A DNA stretch of 64,000 bases from Candidatus Latescibacterota bacterium (GCA_965203175.1 OZ241867.1:1984001-2048000); one strand, 5' to 3'; positions 51,228-60,896 are shown, numbered from the stretch's first letter. Program-made: numbers and translations. Notes: generated from the letters alone by a model not told the origin.

Positions 51228-53209
51228 GCCGTCACCTCCCTCAACAACCGCATGATCTTCTCTTCCGCTTCCTTCAGATCCGCGTCAATCTCTTCCAGCG
51301 GGCGCGGCGGCGTGTACTTGTAGAAGTGGCGGTTGAAGTTGATCTCGTAGCCGACTGTATCCTTGTCCCGGTCCATCCAAGCGTCGGGGATGTGGGGGAG
51401 CACCTCGCGCTCAAAGTAGATGTCGATGTCGTCCTTAAGCGGCACATTCTCAAAGTCGCGCAGCTCGGTGTCAGGCTCGTAACCTTTCTCCCGGCCATCT
51501 TTCCTAACCCGCTCGGCTTGCGGATCCTTCTCGGTGAAGACATCTCGGAAGAGCCTCTGTTCTACCTTCTTCCAGCGCGATTGGCGCTCACGCAGGAGAG
51601 CGGCAATACTCTTCCATGTCGCATTCCAGTCGTAGCTCGGCTCGCGTCCTAATTCCTTGTCGATGGCCTGCACGTCGTCGAGCAGGTACGGGCAGGCATC
51701 GAGAAAGCGGGACTTGTCTTCGATGGTCATCTGGTAGCGCAAGCGCAGGGGTTGCTCCACGGTCACGCGCGTGTAGCCGAAGTCAGCGTTGTCGAAGATC
51801 TTGGAGCGCTCGCCGTCCTCAAAGCGGCCGTATTGCCACACGATTTCCTCAATCTGCTCTGCGGCGATGTGGCGGCGCTTATCGCCGAGGCTGCGCTTGT
51901 TGTCTTCACTCCCGCCCGCGGTCCACAAGTCGCGGGCGTCAAGGAGCTGAATTTTCCCCTGTCGCCGCTGCTCCTTGCGGTTGGTGACGATCCAGATGTA
52001 GGTGCCGATTCCGGTGTTGTAGAACATTTGCTCCGGCAGGGCAACGATGGCTTCAAGCCAGTCGTTCTCAATGATCCACTTGCGAATGTCGCTCTCGCCA
52101 GAGCCAGCGCCGCCGGTAAAGAGCGGCGAGCCGCTGAACACGATGGCCAAGCGCGAGCCGTGCTTGTGCTCGTCCGGGCGTACTGGCTCAAACTTGTGGG
52201 TCATGTGCTGTAGGAAAAGTAGCGAGCCGTCATTCACTCGCGGGAGTCCAGCGCCGAAGCGGCCCTCGAATCCGAGCCTATCGTGTTCTCTCTGGATCTC
52301 ATTCTTCTGCCTCTTCCAGTCCACGCCGAAAGGTGGATTGGTGAGGAAGTAGTCGAAGGTCTCGTCCGCGAATTGGTCGTCCATAAGGCTGTCGCCGAAG
52401 CGGATGTTGTCGCCGCCGCCGTTGTGGTCAACCTGTTTCATCAACATGTCAGAGGCTGCGGTGGCAAAGGCGCGGTTGTTATAGTCCTGTCCATAGACGT
52501 AGAGCCGTGCAGCACTGTGGTGGTCTCGCAGGTAGTTTTGCGCCTTGGCCAACATGCCGCCGGTGCCGCAAGCGGGGTCGAGGAGCTTACGCACGGTGCC
52601 GGGTGTGGCGAGCAGTTCGTCGTCGTGAATGAAGAGAATGCTCACCATTAGTCGGATGACCTCACGCGGCGTGAAGTGGTCGCCCGCGGTCTCGTTCGCC
52701 AACTCGTTGAAGCGGCGGATGAGATTCTCGAAGAGAAGCCCCATTTGCTCGTTCGGAACTCTATCGGGATGCAGGTCAACGTCGCAGAACTTCGAGACGA
52801 CGAGGTAGAGGATGTTGGACTCGCGCATCTTCTCGATCTCAGCCTCAAACTCGAAGTATTCGAAGATGCGGCGCACGTTGGCCGAAAAGCCTTGGATGTA
52901 GCTGACGAGGTGCGGGGCGATATTGTCTGGATCGCCCTTGAGCTTCTCGAAATCGAGCGGCGAGTGGTTGTGGAAGCGCTGGCCGGCAGCCCTGTTCAAC
53001 CTAACGTCGAGCGCGTCGCCGTCGAGTCTGCCGCCCCAGCGGTCGTGCTCAGCCAGAATCTTGGACTTGGTCGGAGCGAGTACGCAGTCGAACCGCCGCA
53101 GCACGGTCATAGGCAGCATGACGCGCTCGTATTGCGGCGGGCGATAGGGACCGCGCAGCAGGTCGGCGATCTGCCAGATCAGGTTGGCGAAATAGCTGTG
53201 GTCAGGCAT
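51224..53209 (-). CDS. hsdM: Type I RM N6-adenine methyltransferase
   Basis: HFTPREVI, LDPACGTGG, NPPFG, MFYNTGI. Confidence 0.95.
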   Translation of the reverse strand: MPDHSYFANLIWQIADLLRGPYRPPQYERVMLPMTVLRRFDCVLAPTKSKILAEHDRWGGRLDGDALDVRLNRAAGQRFHNHSPLDFEKLKGDPDNIAPHLVSYIQGFSANVRRIFEYFEFEAEIEKMRESNILYLVVSKFCDVDLHPDRVPNEQMGLLFENLIRRFNELANETAGDHFTPREVIRLMVSILFIHDDELLATPGTVRKLLDPACGTGGMLAKAQNYLRDHHSAARLYVYGQDYNNRAFATAASDMLMKQVDHNGGGDNIRFGDSLMDDQFADETFDYFLTNPPFGVDWKRQKNEIQREHDRLGFEGRFGAGLPRVNDGSLLFLQHMTHKFEPVRPDEHKHGSRLAIVFSGSPLFTGGAGSGESDIRKWIIENDWLEAIVALPEQMFYNTGIGTYIWIVTNRKEQRRQGKIQLLDARDLWTAGGSEDNKRSLGDKRRHIAAEQIEEIVWQYGRFEDGERSKIFDNADFGYTRVTVEQPLRLRYQMTIEDKSRFLDACPYLLDDVQAIDKELGREPSYDWNATWKSIAALLRERQSRWKKVEQRLFRDVFTEKDPQAERVRKDGREKGYEPDTELRDFENVPLKDDIDIYFEREVLPHIPDAWMDRDKDTVGYEINFNRHFYKYTPPRPLEEIDADLKEAEEKIMRLLREVTA

Positions 53210-53266
53210 GAGTATGTACGTTCAAGAAGGTTATTGCCGTCCACGAATGCGTGATTAAGTCGTGGG

Positions 53267-53566
53267 TCATTTGGCTAACATTTCACCTAGACGACGGTTC
53301 CTCTCGACGCTGCTCTGGAAATGGGCCATAACCGAGGCTCGGGGCTTTTCTTGGATGCGGTTTTCAATGTATTCACGCATGGCCTCTGGTGACACACCGA
53401 GCAACCCCTCCTCCCGGCGATCCTTGAGAATAAGCGCTATGGACCCAACCAAATTCTCGCGTGCTTCGTCCCTAGTTTTGCCCTGACCATTTGCCCCAGG
53501 AATTTCGGGACAATAGGCAATATACCATTTCTCGTCCTGCTCGATAATCGCCGTAAACTCTTTCAT
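53267..53566 (-). CDS. HicB-family antitoxin-like protein, orphan
   Basis: YIAYCPEIPGANGQGKTRDEARENL; no hicA nearby. Confidence 0.75.
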   Translation of the reverse strand: MKEFTAIIEQDEKWYIAYCPEIPGANGQGKTRDEARENLVGSIALILKDRREEGLLGVSPEAMREYIENRIQEKPRASVMAHFQSSVERNRRLGEMLAK

Positions 53567-53734
53567 AGCGTGCGTTTAGCCTCTCTGTATTGGCTCTCGA
53601 AGTATGGTCAGGTCGGCTTATGCTTCAATAATGAGCTGTATCCTTCCAATAACGCCCAAATAGCATTGGCCAGCAAGCGAGAGATTGGGTTTCCAGAGCG
53701 GAGACGATGCCCAATGACGACGGTGCTTTTGGTT

Positions 53735-53835
53735 TCACTCCCGATTCGCTATGTGCAACTCCCACAACTGCTCGGGCGACACCTCGCTCGGCGCACCCAT
53801 GAGCGGATCCTGCGCATTCTGGTTCATCGGGAAGG
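53735..53835 (-). repeat. 101-bp copy of aspS 3' end (direct repeat of 56058-56158)
   Basis: Aligns by eye with 4 mismatches; the copy includes the stop codon. Confidence 0.9.
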
Positions 53836-53837
53836 TG

Positions 53838-54098
53838 TGTTGCCGACGCCCTCGCGAGCCTTCTGCACCAGCAGCCGGACGGCATCGAGCTGGTACTAAC
53901 GCGGGAAGATCATCGTACTTCCTTCCAGAGGTAGGCTGTCCGATAGCTGCGGCCTACCGGATCGTGTGGATTCCCGGAACCGCCATCACATCCCTTGTCG
54001 AAGGGCAGGAAGTAGGTTGCGTCGCCGGCTAGGCGCGTGGTCGTGCGCACGTATTCGGTATCGACGGCAAAATGGACGAGTGTGCGCCGTTTGAACTC
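53838..54098 (-). pseudogene. hsdR internal relic
   Basis: Matches hsdR 47283-47643 with substitutions, small indels and a deletion of about 97 bp. Confidence 0.85.
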
Positions 54099-54171
54099 AG
54101 GAATCTTGCTCTTGCGAACAGAAGCAGTCGGGGTCTCGCAGTTCCCAAGTCGCCTATTCGCCTCAACGACT

Positions 54172-54930
54172 TCATTTCAATTTCTCTAGATGCGTCTCGA
54201 CTAGAAACGTCGCTACAGCACCCGCAGCGTTTACCGCAAGGCTCGCATGTCGTGGTGACGGACGAACAGGCAAAGGTCCTCCCTTGCCGTGCGAATCGGA
54301 GAGCCGATTGCGCAACGTTCCGATGCCGTTCACGAGGTTCGTCACGCTACCGAGGATCGCCTTGATCGGCTCCTCCGAATGCTGGTTCGGCGCTAAGCTC
54401 AAAGCCTTAGAAGCCTTCTCATATAGCTTCGGCAATTTGTCTTTGTCGGTATAGTCCAGCGAAAGGTCGTCGAGGATGCGCTTGATCACGGTTTCCAGCA
54501 ATGTCCGGGCAAGAGTGATCGCACCTTCGGGGTCGTCTGTCCTACGCGACAATGCCTTCGACCACACCGCGTGAACGTGTTCGGCATCAAACAACTGAAG
54601 CGCATCGAACGTGACCGAATCGGCAGGCGCGAGGTTTTGACCTTCCAGACTGTCAACAAGAGGAGTGAAGGCTGCACTGATGATCTGCCGACGCTCCGCG
54701 TACGTTTCAGCCTCGTTCTTGATGAATGGCCAGAAGGCCTCCAGACTTCGATAGGTGCGAACGAAGTCGGGAAGCAAGTTCCTGATTTGGTGATCGTTCA
54801 TGAACTCCCGGCGCAAATGCACGTAAATGGCGTCGTCAGAGGAACCATATGTCGCCGCATCAATCAGAATCCGCTCCATCATTTTGATCCGTTCAATGAT
54901 CGAGTCTGGAAGTTCTTGTTCGTTAATCAT
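54172..54930 (-). CDS. Abortive infection family protein (Abi_C domain)
   Basis: DPEGAITLARTLLETV, LRNRLSDSHG, HASLAVNAAG. Confidence 0.8.
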   Translation of the reverse strand: MINEQELPDSIIERIKMMERILIDAATYGSSDDAIYVHLRREFMNDHQIRNLLPDFVRTYRSLEAFWPFIKNEAETYAERRQIISAAFTPLVDSLEGQNLAPADSVTFDALQLFDAEHVHAVWSKALSRRTDDPEGAITLARTLLETVIKRILDDLSLDYTDKDKLPKLYEKASKALSLAPNQHSEEPIKAILGSVTNLVNGIGTLRNRLSDSHGKGGPLPVRPSPRHASLAVNAAGAVATFLVETHLEKLK

Positions 54931-55067
54931 TATGGTCTTCTTGGCTTACATGGATGAATTTGAGCCATACGCTGTCCAAGTGTCTGAAGTCTGTATCTGT
55001 TGACAGGAGTGCAGCCCCGCTTACGTGAGCCGTCGCGGCGATCCAGAGATCATTATAAATATATCGC

Positions 55068-56021
55068 TCAATCGAGTTGGGCTAGGAGATCCTCGATGGG
55101 TTCATCGCCAGGCCACGTGCCCGCAAGCTCAATAGGGTCAAAGCCCCCGACTTGCTTGCGTTGTCCCGAGAACAGGTCATGCGATTTCTGGACCTCTATT
55201 GATGGCATTTCTTCGAAAACGACATCCTTTTCCAGCCGACCACTAATCCGGCGAGCCTCGATCAATCGCGACTGCCCATTGGCCTTGAAATGCACCATTC
55301 CCTCAACAGTGGTCTGCTTGCCCCATAGAGGACGCAAAGTCTCTACACTCAATGATGCGTCTAGCCGTCCAAAGAGTGCTGACTTCTGGCTCACCAAAAG
55401 GCGAAAGCGACCATTATCATGTTTGATCTCGTCGAGCCTACCACTTATGATGAAAGATCTTGGAGCCGGAATGGCATTCAACTGTTCTTTGACATATGTG
55501 TAGGAAATATCGTTCAGCTTGAATTGCCCATGCGCTGTCCCTTGAGGGATCATTTCGTAGCGCACGCCGGAGGCTCTAGCCGCTTGCCTAAACATAAGAA
55601 TCGCTTCGAGAACTGAACTATCGAAATAGTCTCCAATTGGATTGTCGGTCTGGGTCTCATTGATCGATTGAGCGACCAGGTCGAGCGCTGTTCCATCTAG
55701 GTCGGGCTGCTTATTCCATAAATCTTTCTGGGTAAATTGTTCATAGGCAGTCTCGCCAAGCCGAGGAGCCTCTATGTCAAAAATCGTGGATCCAGGTTTC
55801 AATCCAGTTATCGTAAAGTCAATGGTGGCGTTCAGCCACTGAGGCCTCGCTCCCCTCCCCCCACTACCTGCACCAGTGGCGAGTAAGCGGGTGGTCCGCT
55901 CTGCTGTCACGAGAAGGGCGTCCATAACACGCCGGAGAGTCGCCATCTTGATTTGACCTTCATCTTCTTTCAGGCCGCTGATGCGGAGTTGGTAGCGTTG
56001 TGTTTTCATGGTGGGACTCAC
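55068..56021 (-). CDS. Hypothetical protein, first gene of the defence island
   Basis: 317-aa ORF, AT-richer, directly downstream of aspS. Confidence 0.65.
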   Translation of the reverse strand: MSPTMKTQRYQLRISGLKEDEGQIKMATLRRVMDALLVTAERTTRLLATGAGSGGRGARPQWLNATIDFTITGLKPGSTIFDIEAPRLGETAYEQFTQKDLWNKQPDLDGTALDLVAQSINETQTDNPIGDYFDSSVLEAILMFRQAARASGVRYEMIPQGTAHGQFKLNDISYTYVKEQLNAIPAPRSFIISGRLDEIKHDNGRFRLLVSQKSALFGRLDASLSVETLRPLWGKQTTVEGMVHFKANGQSRLIEARRISGRLEKDVVFEEMPSIEVQKSHDLFSGQRKQVGGFDPIELAGTWPGDEPIEDLLAQLD

Positions 56022-56057
56022 TTTCCTGGGTTGCTGAGGTCCATTTCAAGAATAATA

Positions 56058-57818
56058 TCACTCCCGAATCGCTATGTGCAACTCCCGCAACTGCTCGGGC
56101 GACACCTCGCTCGGAGCGCCCATGAGCGGATCCTGCGCATTCTGGTTCATCGGGAAGGCGATGACCTCGCGGATGTTCGGTTCGTCCGCCAGCAGCATGA
56201 CGATGCGGTCGATACCGGGCGCGATGCCGCCATGGGGTGGCGCGCCGTAGCGCAAGGCGCGGATCATGCCGCCGAACTTGCGATCCACTTCTTGCTGCGA
56301 GTGCCCGGCAATCTCGAACGCCTTGTACATGATGTCTGGTCTGTGGTTGCGGATGGCACCGCTCGACAGTTCGAGGCCGTTGCAGACGATGTCGTACTGA
56401 TACGCCTTGATCTCCAGCGGTCGTTGCGTCTCTAGCGCAGCCATGCCGTCCTGTGGCATGGAAAACGGGTTGTGCGAAAAGGCCACACAAGCGCGTTCTT
56501 CGTCCCATTCGTACATGGGAAAATCGACGACCCAGCAGAATTCATAGCAACGCTCCCGCCGCAAATCGAGCCGGTCTGCCAGATGCAGGCGCAACCGTCC
56601 CGCTATGGACGCTGCCTCGGCTGGCGGTCCGGCGATGAAGAAAATGGCTGACCCCGGAGCGGCTGCACACTGCTCGATGACGCGGCTACATACGGTCTGT
56701 TCCAGCGCGGCGGCGATTGAGCCGGTGGCCTGCGCTCCGTTGATGAGGTACGCCAATCCCTTGCCGCCCGCCTCTTTGACGAATGCTTCGAGGCTATCGA
56801 AAAACGAGCGCGGCTGCGCTTCCAGTCCGGGAACGCACAGGGCGCGGACGACCCCTTCTGCTGCAACGATGTCCCTGAACAGCCTGAACGAGGATCCCGC
56901 GAAAATCTCGGAGAGGTCTTGGATTTCGAGCGCGAAGCGCAGGTCTGGTTTGTCCGTGCCGAACCGCAGCATGGCGTCGACGTGGGAAAGACGCGGGAAC
57001 GGCGGTGCGGTCACTTCCCAATCGGTGAACTCGCGGAAGAGACCGGAAAAGAGTTCCTCGACCACTGCGAAGACATCCTCTTGCTCGACAAAAGCCATCT
57101 CGAGGTCGAGCTGGTAGAATTCGCCGGGGGAGCGGTCGGCGCGGGCGTCTTCGTCGCGGAAGCAGGGCGCGATCTGGAAGTAGCGGTCGAAGCCGGACAC
57201 CATCAGCAACTGTTTGAACTGCTGCGGTGCCTGCGGCAGCGCGTAGAAGCGGCCGGGATAGAGCCGGCTCGGCACGAGGTAATCGCGCGCGCCTTCGGGC
57301 GAGCTGCTAGTGAGAATGGGCGTCTGGAACTCGGCAAAGCCCATCTTTGTCATGCGCCGTCTGATGCTGGCGATCACCTCCGAGCGGAGCTGAATGCGGC
57401 GGTGCAGTCCGGCCCGGCGCAGGTCCAGGAAGCGATAGGACAAGCGAGTACTCTCCCCCACGTCGGGATCTTCGGCGACGGAAAAGGGAAGTGGCTCTGC
57501 CAGCGAGAGCACTTCTAGCTCGCGCACGGCGATTTCCACCTCTCCAGTCTCCATGGTGCTGTTGATAGTCTCAGGCGACCGCTTGCGCACGTCGCCTACG
57601 ACGCGGATGACGGATTCGCGGGGGACCTTTGACGCGGTTGTCGCAACGTCATTCTCTGGTGAGATCACGAGCTGGGTAATGCCGTAGTGGTCGCGCAGGT
57701 CTAGGAACAATATGCCTCCGTGGTCCCTTTTGCGATGAATCCAGCCGCTCAGGTGGATGGTTTGGCCGGCGTGACGCTTGCGGAGTTCGCCGCAGGTGTG
57801 GGTGCGATAGCGGTGCAT
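56058..57818 (-). CDS. aspS: Aspartate--tRNA ligase, probably non-discriminating Asp/Asn
   Basis: [51 protein letters not shown]. Confidence 0.97.
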   Translation of the reverse strand: MHRYRTHTCGELRKRHAGQTIHLSGWIHRKRDHGGILFLDLRDHYGITQLVISPENDVATTASKVPRESVIRVVGDVRKRSPETINSTMETGEVEIAVRELEVLSLAEPLPFSVAEDPDVGESTRLSYRFLDLRRAGLHRRIQLRSEVIASIRRRMTKMGFAEFQTPILTSSSPEGARDYLVPSRLYPGRFYALPQAPQQFKQLLMVSGFDRYFQIAPCFRDEDARADRSPGEFYQLDLEMAFVEQEDVFAVVEELFSGLFREFTDWEVTAPPFPRLSHVDAMLRFGTDKPDLRFALEIQDLSEIFAGSSFRLFRDIVAAEGVVRALCVPGLEAQPRSFFDSLEAFVKEAGGKGLAYLINGAQATGSIAAALEQTVCSRVIEQCAAAPGSAIFFIAGPPAEAASIAGRLRLHLADRLDLRRERCYEFCWVVDFPMYEWDEERACVAFSHNPFSMPQDGMAALETQRPLEIKAYQYDIVCNGLELSSGAIRNHRPDIMYKAFEIAGHSQQEVDRKFGGMIRALRYGAPPHGGIAPGIDRIVMLLADEPNIREVIAFPMNQNAQDPLMGAPSEVSPEQLRELHIAIRE

Positions 57819-57845
57819 GGTAGCCTCCAGTTTTGGATGTACATG

Positions 57846-57882
57846 AAAAACCCGCCGTCGGCGCGAGGCTCAACGGCGGGTT
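57846..57882 (-). terminator. Attenuator terminator 2, proximal to aspS
   Basis: AACCCGCCGTTG...CGACGGCGGGTT-TTT, 27 nt before aspS ATG. Confidence 0.85.
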
Positions 57883-57902
57883 GGGGTGCGGGTAGAATCC
57901 GA

Positions 57903-57992
57903 TCACGGCCAACGCCATCGAGCCCGAATGGCGGGGTTATTATCGTTATTGTTAGCAAAGGCGTAGGCCGTGTGATTGTAGCGGAATGTCAT
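57903..57992 (-). CDS. Leader peptide 2: MTFRYNHTAYAFANNNDNNPAIRARWRWP
   Basis: AGGAG RBS 8 nt upstream; AAC AAT AAC GAT AAT AAC run; followed by terminator. Confidence 0.8.
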   Translation of the reverse strand: MTFRYNHTAYAFANNNDNNPAIRARWRWP

Positions 57993-58005
57993 TGCAAAAG
58001 CTCCT

Positions 58006-58046
58006 AAAAACAGAAAACCCGCCGCGATGCGTGTTCGCGACGGGTT
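58006..58046 (-). terminator. Attenuator terminator 1, distal
   Basis: AACCCGTCGCGA-ACACGCA-TCGCGGCGGGTT-TTCTGTTTTT. Confidence 0.85.
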
Positions 58047-58072
58047 GTGAATTCTTGGGTTGGATTCAGTCG

Positions 58073-58138
58073 TCAGAACACGCGCAATGGGGCTAGCGGG
58101 TTATTATTCTGTGTGCGGTCGTTCTGACGAGTTATCAT
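58073..58138 (-). CDS. Leader peptide 1: MITRQNDRTQNNNPLAPLRVF, likely leaderless
   Basis: AAT AAT AAC run plus AAC GAC; ATG 8 nt after -10 box; followed by terminator. Confidence 0.75.
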   Translation of the reverse strand: MITRQNDRTQNNNPLAPLRVF

Positions 58139-58146
58139 AGTCGTCT

Positions 58147-58174
58147 AAGATAGAGGAAGGCCGGATCCCGTCAA
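58147..58174 (-). promoter_or_regulatory. sigma70 promoter of aspS leader
   Basis: TTGACG-16 nt-TATCTT. Confidence 0.7.
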
Positions 58175-58201
58175 GCCAGACTGGGCCGCGCTTGCTGGTC
58201 T

Positions 58202-60721
58202 CTACAGCCCGAACCAGCGGTTGAGCTTGATCAAAAAGATGCTGTCGCCATCGTCGGCGAAGGCGCGGCTCAAGTCGCCGGCGGGGCGGAACCTCGGGTC
58301 GCTAACGTCGTCGAAGGCGCGGTCGCGGCTCTGCTGCCAGACGGCGAAGAGCGTGCTGCCGGGTCGGTACTCCCAGCGCAGCACTGCGTTAGAGCGCAGT
58401 GAGCGGCGGCGAAAGTCCGGGTTTTCTTCAAGGCCGGCGTAGGGTGAGAATTCGTAGGACCGTGGGCGCGCCAGTTCCTTGATGGCACCGTAGTCGCCGG
58501 TTGTCGCGAAGGGCTGCGCGAACAACTGCAAGCTCAGACTCGGCGTGAAGGCCCAGGTGACGCGCACGCCGATCTCGAAGACGCGGCTTTCGAGCTCGCC
58601 GAAGATGAAGTGGTCGTCCTCGCTGTCGCCGTCCTCGTCCTTGTTCTCTACCCACTGGGCGAAGTTGCGGTTGAAGTTGTAGCCCGGCTCGATTCCCAGC
58701 TCAAACTGGGATACGGGGCGCAGTGCGATTTCAAAGCCGACCCACGATCCCAAGTTGTCGCCTCCCCGGCTCCCGCTGATGTTCCAGCCGAGCCAGCCGC
58801 TGATGGGCTTGCGGTCGTCAGTCCACACGTCCATGCCAAACCAGGTGTGGGCGGGCGAGAGCATGAGCGGTCCGCCGCGAGTGGCCAAGTCGTCAAAGGC
58901 GGCAAAGTTGCGGCTGAGGCCCATCCAGAATCCCCAGTAGTTATGCAGGTTGTGCCAAGTGTTGAAGTTGATGCCGCGGGACAGCCGCTCGCCGGCGAAG
59001 TTCCAGTGGTTCCAGACGTTGACGTTGAACCCGGAGCGGCGGGCGAACCAGTAGGGGTCGAGCTTCTCGTGATAGATGTGGGCACCGGCTTGGATGCGGT
59101 CGTTGCGCCGCATAAAGCCGAGGTCGTTGGCCTCAAAGCCGGGCGACTGCGCGTCCACGTACGCTTGGCCGCCGAAGGCACCGCCCGTTTTCTGAAAGTA
59201 GAGCGCGCCCTCCCAGCCGGTGTCGCGTTCCTTCTCCTGCCCAGCGCGACTGACGGCGAGCCGGCTGTAGAGGCGGTAGGCGTTCTCCCACCACTTGACG
59301 TGCAGGTCGCCGGCACCGACGTAAGCCGGGTCAAAGCCGCGGCCGTTGACCGCAGTGAGTTGGGCTCCAGCGGTGGAGTTGGTGAGTAAATCCTGTTGTA
59401 CGCGACCGATAAAGTAGTTGGTGATCGGCTCGATCTCGACGTCGCGGCGCAGCGTATCGATGCGGCCTGTCTCAGCGCTGGTGATGCGCTGGTCGATGCG
59501 CGCTTCCTCCCGGCCGGTGACGGCGTTGAGCAGGCCAAAGGCCGTGCGTCCGGCGGTCTTTCCCGATACTTTGACGGCACCGAGGATGGTGGTGTTGTCG
59601 GGACGGTCCACCTCGTTGCTGTCTTCGGGCAAGTCAAAGCGCGAGGGCGGTCGGCCAATGCGCCGCGAGTGGAACAGGCGCGTGGGCCGGCGGATGCCGA
59701 CGATGAACGGCGTCGGCGATTCAAAAATCTGGATGCCCTCTAAAAAGAAGGGCCGGCGCTCGCGGAAGAAGGTCTCAAAGACGCCCAGATTGAGCACGGC
59801 TGGGTCCCCCTCGATCTGGCCGAAGTCCGGGTTGATGGTGGCGTTGAGAGAGATGTTCGACGATAGGCCGTAGCGCAGGTCGAGGCCGGCCGAGGAGAAC
59901 AGGTCGTGCTCGCTGTCGCTGTCTCCCGGCGACAGGGTGCTGCGGCCTAGCGCGAAGGGGAAGATCTCGAGGCTGCGCTGTGGCCGGATGCCTTCGATCC
60001 CTTCGAGATGACCGAAGCGCGAGACGTAGCCGCTGACGCCCCGAGGTTTGAAGCTCCACTGTGACCACTCGGCGCGGCGGGAGATCTTGCGAAAGACGTT
60101 GATCCCCCAAGTATAGCTCTCCTTTTCGCCGAAGCGCAGGACGTGATAAGGGATCTTCAACTCCAGGCTCCAGCCGTCAGCGCGCCGCGCCGTCTTCACC
60201 TCGGCCACGCTGTCCCAGCTATCGTCAAAGTCGTCGTCGTTGTAGATAATCCCGTCCCCGATCCAGCCTGAGGGACCCACGACGAAGTAAACGCCTGTCT
60301 GATGGTCGTGGTGGGGGTCGAGGTTGATCTCGAATAGGTCGCGCTCGCGCCACTCGTCGCGCCGCGCCAGCCGCGTGGTGATGCTGTCGGGATGGGTGTC
60401 GTAGCAGATGCCGGCGATGTAGAGGGCGTCGTCGTCGTAGGCCACCTGAAAGGTAGTGCGTTGCGTCGAAGGCTGGCCGTTGTCCGGGTCGTTTTGCGTA
60501 AACCCCTCGTGTACGGGTGCGCGCAGCCAGATTTCGTCGTCGATGACGCCGTCGAGACGCGGCGGCACCTCGGCCCGCACGGCGCGGGCGGTGCGCTGGG
60601 GGTGCGTCATCCAAAACTGCATCTGGGCATCGCTGGTGTCGGCCCGGGCGGGTTGCTCATCGGCTGCGGCTGCCTCGGAGATGAGAAAAGCGGCGGCTAG
60701 CACTGCCGCAAACATGTGCAT
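58202..60721 (-). CDS. CBM9-like + DUF5916 outer-membrane protein
   Basis: PRLDGVIDDEIW, WSLELKIPY..LRF, ATINPDFGQIE, ERRPFFLEG, LFHSRRIG, LRWEYRPGS; signal peptide. Confidence 0.85.
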   Translation of the reverse strand: MHMFAAVLAAAFLISEAAAADEQPARADTSDAQMQFWMTHPQRTARAVRAEVPPRLDGVIDDEIWLRAPVHEGFTQNDPDNGQPSTQRTTFQVAYDDDALYIAGICYDTHPDSITTRLARRDEWRERDLFEINLDPHHDHQTGVYFVVGPSGWIGDGIIYNDDDFDDSWDSVAEVKTARRADGWSLELKIPYHVLRFGEKESYTWGINVFRKISRRAEWSQWSFKPRGVSGYVSRFGHLEGIEGIRPQRSLEIFPFALGRSTLSPGDSDSEHDLFSSAGLDLRYGLSSNISLNATINPDFGQIEGDPAVLNLGVFETFFRERRPFFLEGIQIFESPTPFIVGIRRPTRLFHSRRIGRPPSRFDLPEDSNEVDRPDNTTILGAVKVSGKTAGRTAFGLLNAVTGREEARIDQRITSAETGRIDTLRRDVEIEPITNYFIGRVQQDLLTNSTAGAQLTAVNGRGFDPAYVGAGDLHVKWWENAYRLYSRLAVSRAGQEKERDTGWEGALYFQKTGGAFGGQAYVDAQSPGFEANDLGFMRRNDRIQAGAHIYHEKLDPYWFARRSGFNVNVWNHWNFAGERLSRGINFNTWHNLHNYWGFWMGLSRNFAAFDDLATRGGPLMLSPAHTWFGMDVWTDDRKPISGWLGWNISGSRGGDNLGSWVGFEIALRPVSQFELGIEPGYNFNRNFAQWVENKDEDGDSEDDHFIFGELESRVFEIGVRVTWAFTPSLSLQLFAQPFATTGDYGAIKELARPRSYEFSPYAGLEENPDFRRRSLRSNAVLRWEYRPGSTLFAVWQQSRDRAFDDVSDPRFRPAGDLSRAFADDGDSIFLIKLNRWFGL

Positions 60722-60838
60722 TATCCTTCCTTCTTGGTTGAGGATAGCAAAGGGCTCCACTTAGAATTCAAGCTCCCCTGACGGTTGAACAATGTCAAAA
60801 GTGGGTGTGGGCGTACGGGGGATGGGTGACCGCTGGGC

Positions 60839-60885
60839 TTGCCTCGATAATCCGATGTGACTACAATTATCCTAATGTAGTTACA
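60839..60885 (+). promoter_or_regulatory. vapBC promoter with overlapping inverted-repeat operator
   Basis: TTGCCT-17 nt-TACAAT; TGTGACTACA-N10-TGTAGTTACA (60856-60885). Confidence 0.65.
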
Positions 60886-60896
60886 AGGAGATCCCA

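Noticed and set aside
57820-58140. T-box riboswitch upstream of aspS
   Set aside because: No GGTGGNACCGCG T-box motif or long stem I; leader-peptide attenuation explains the hairpins
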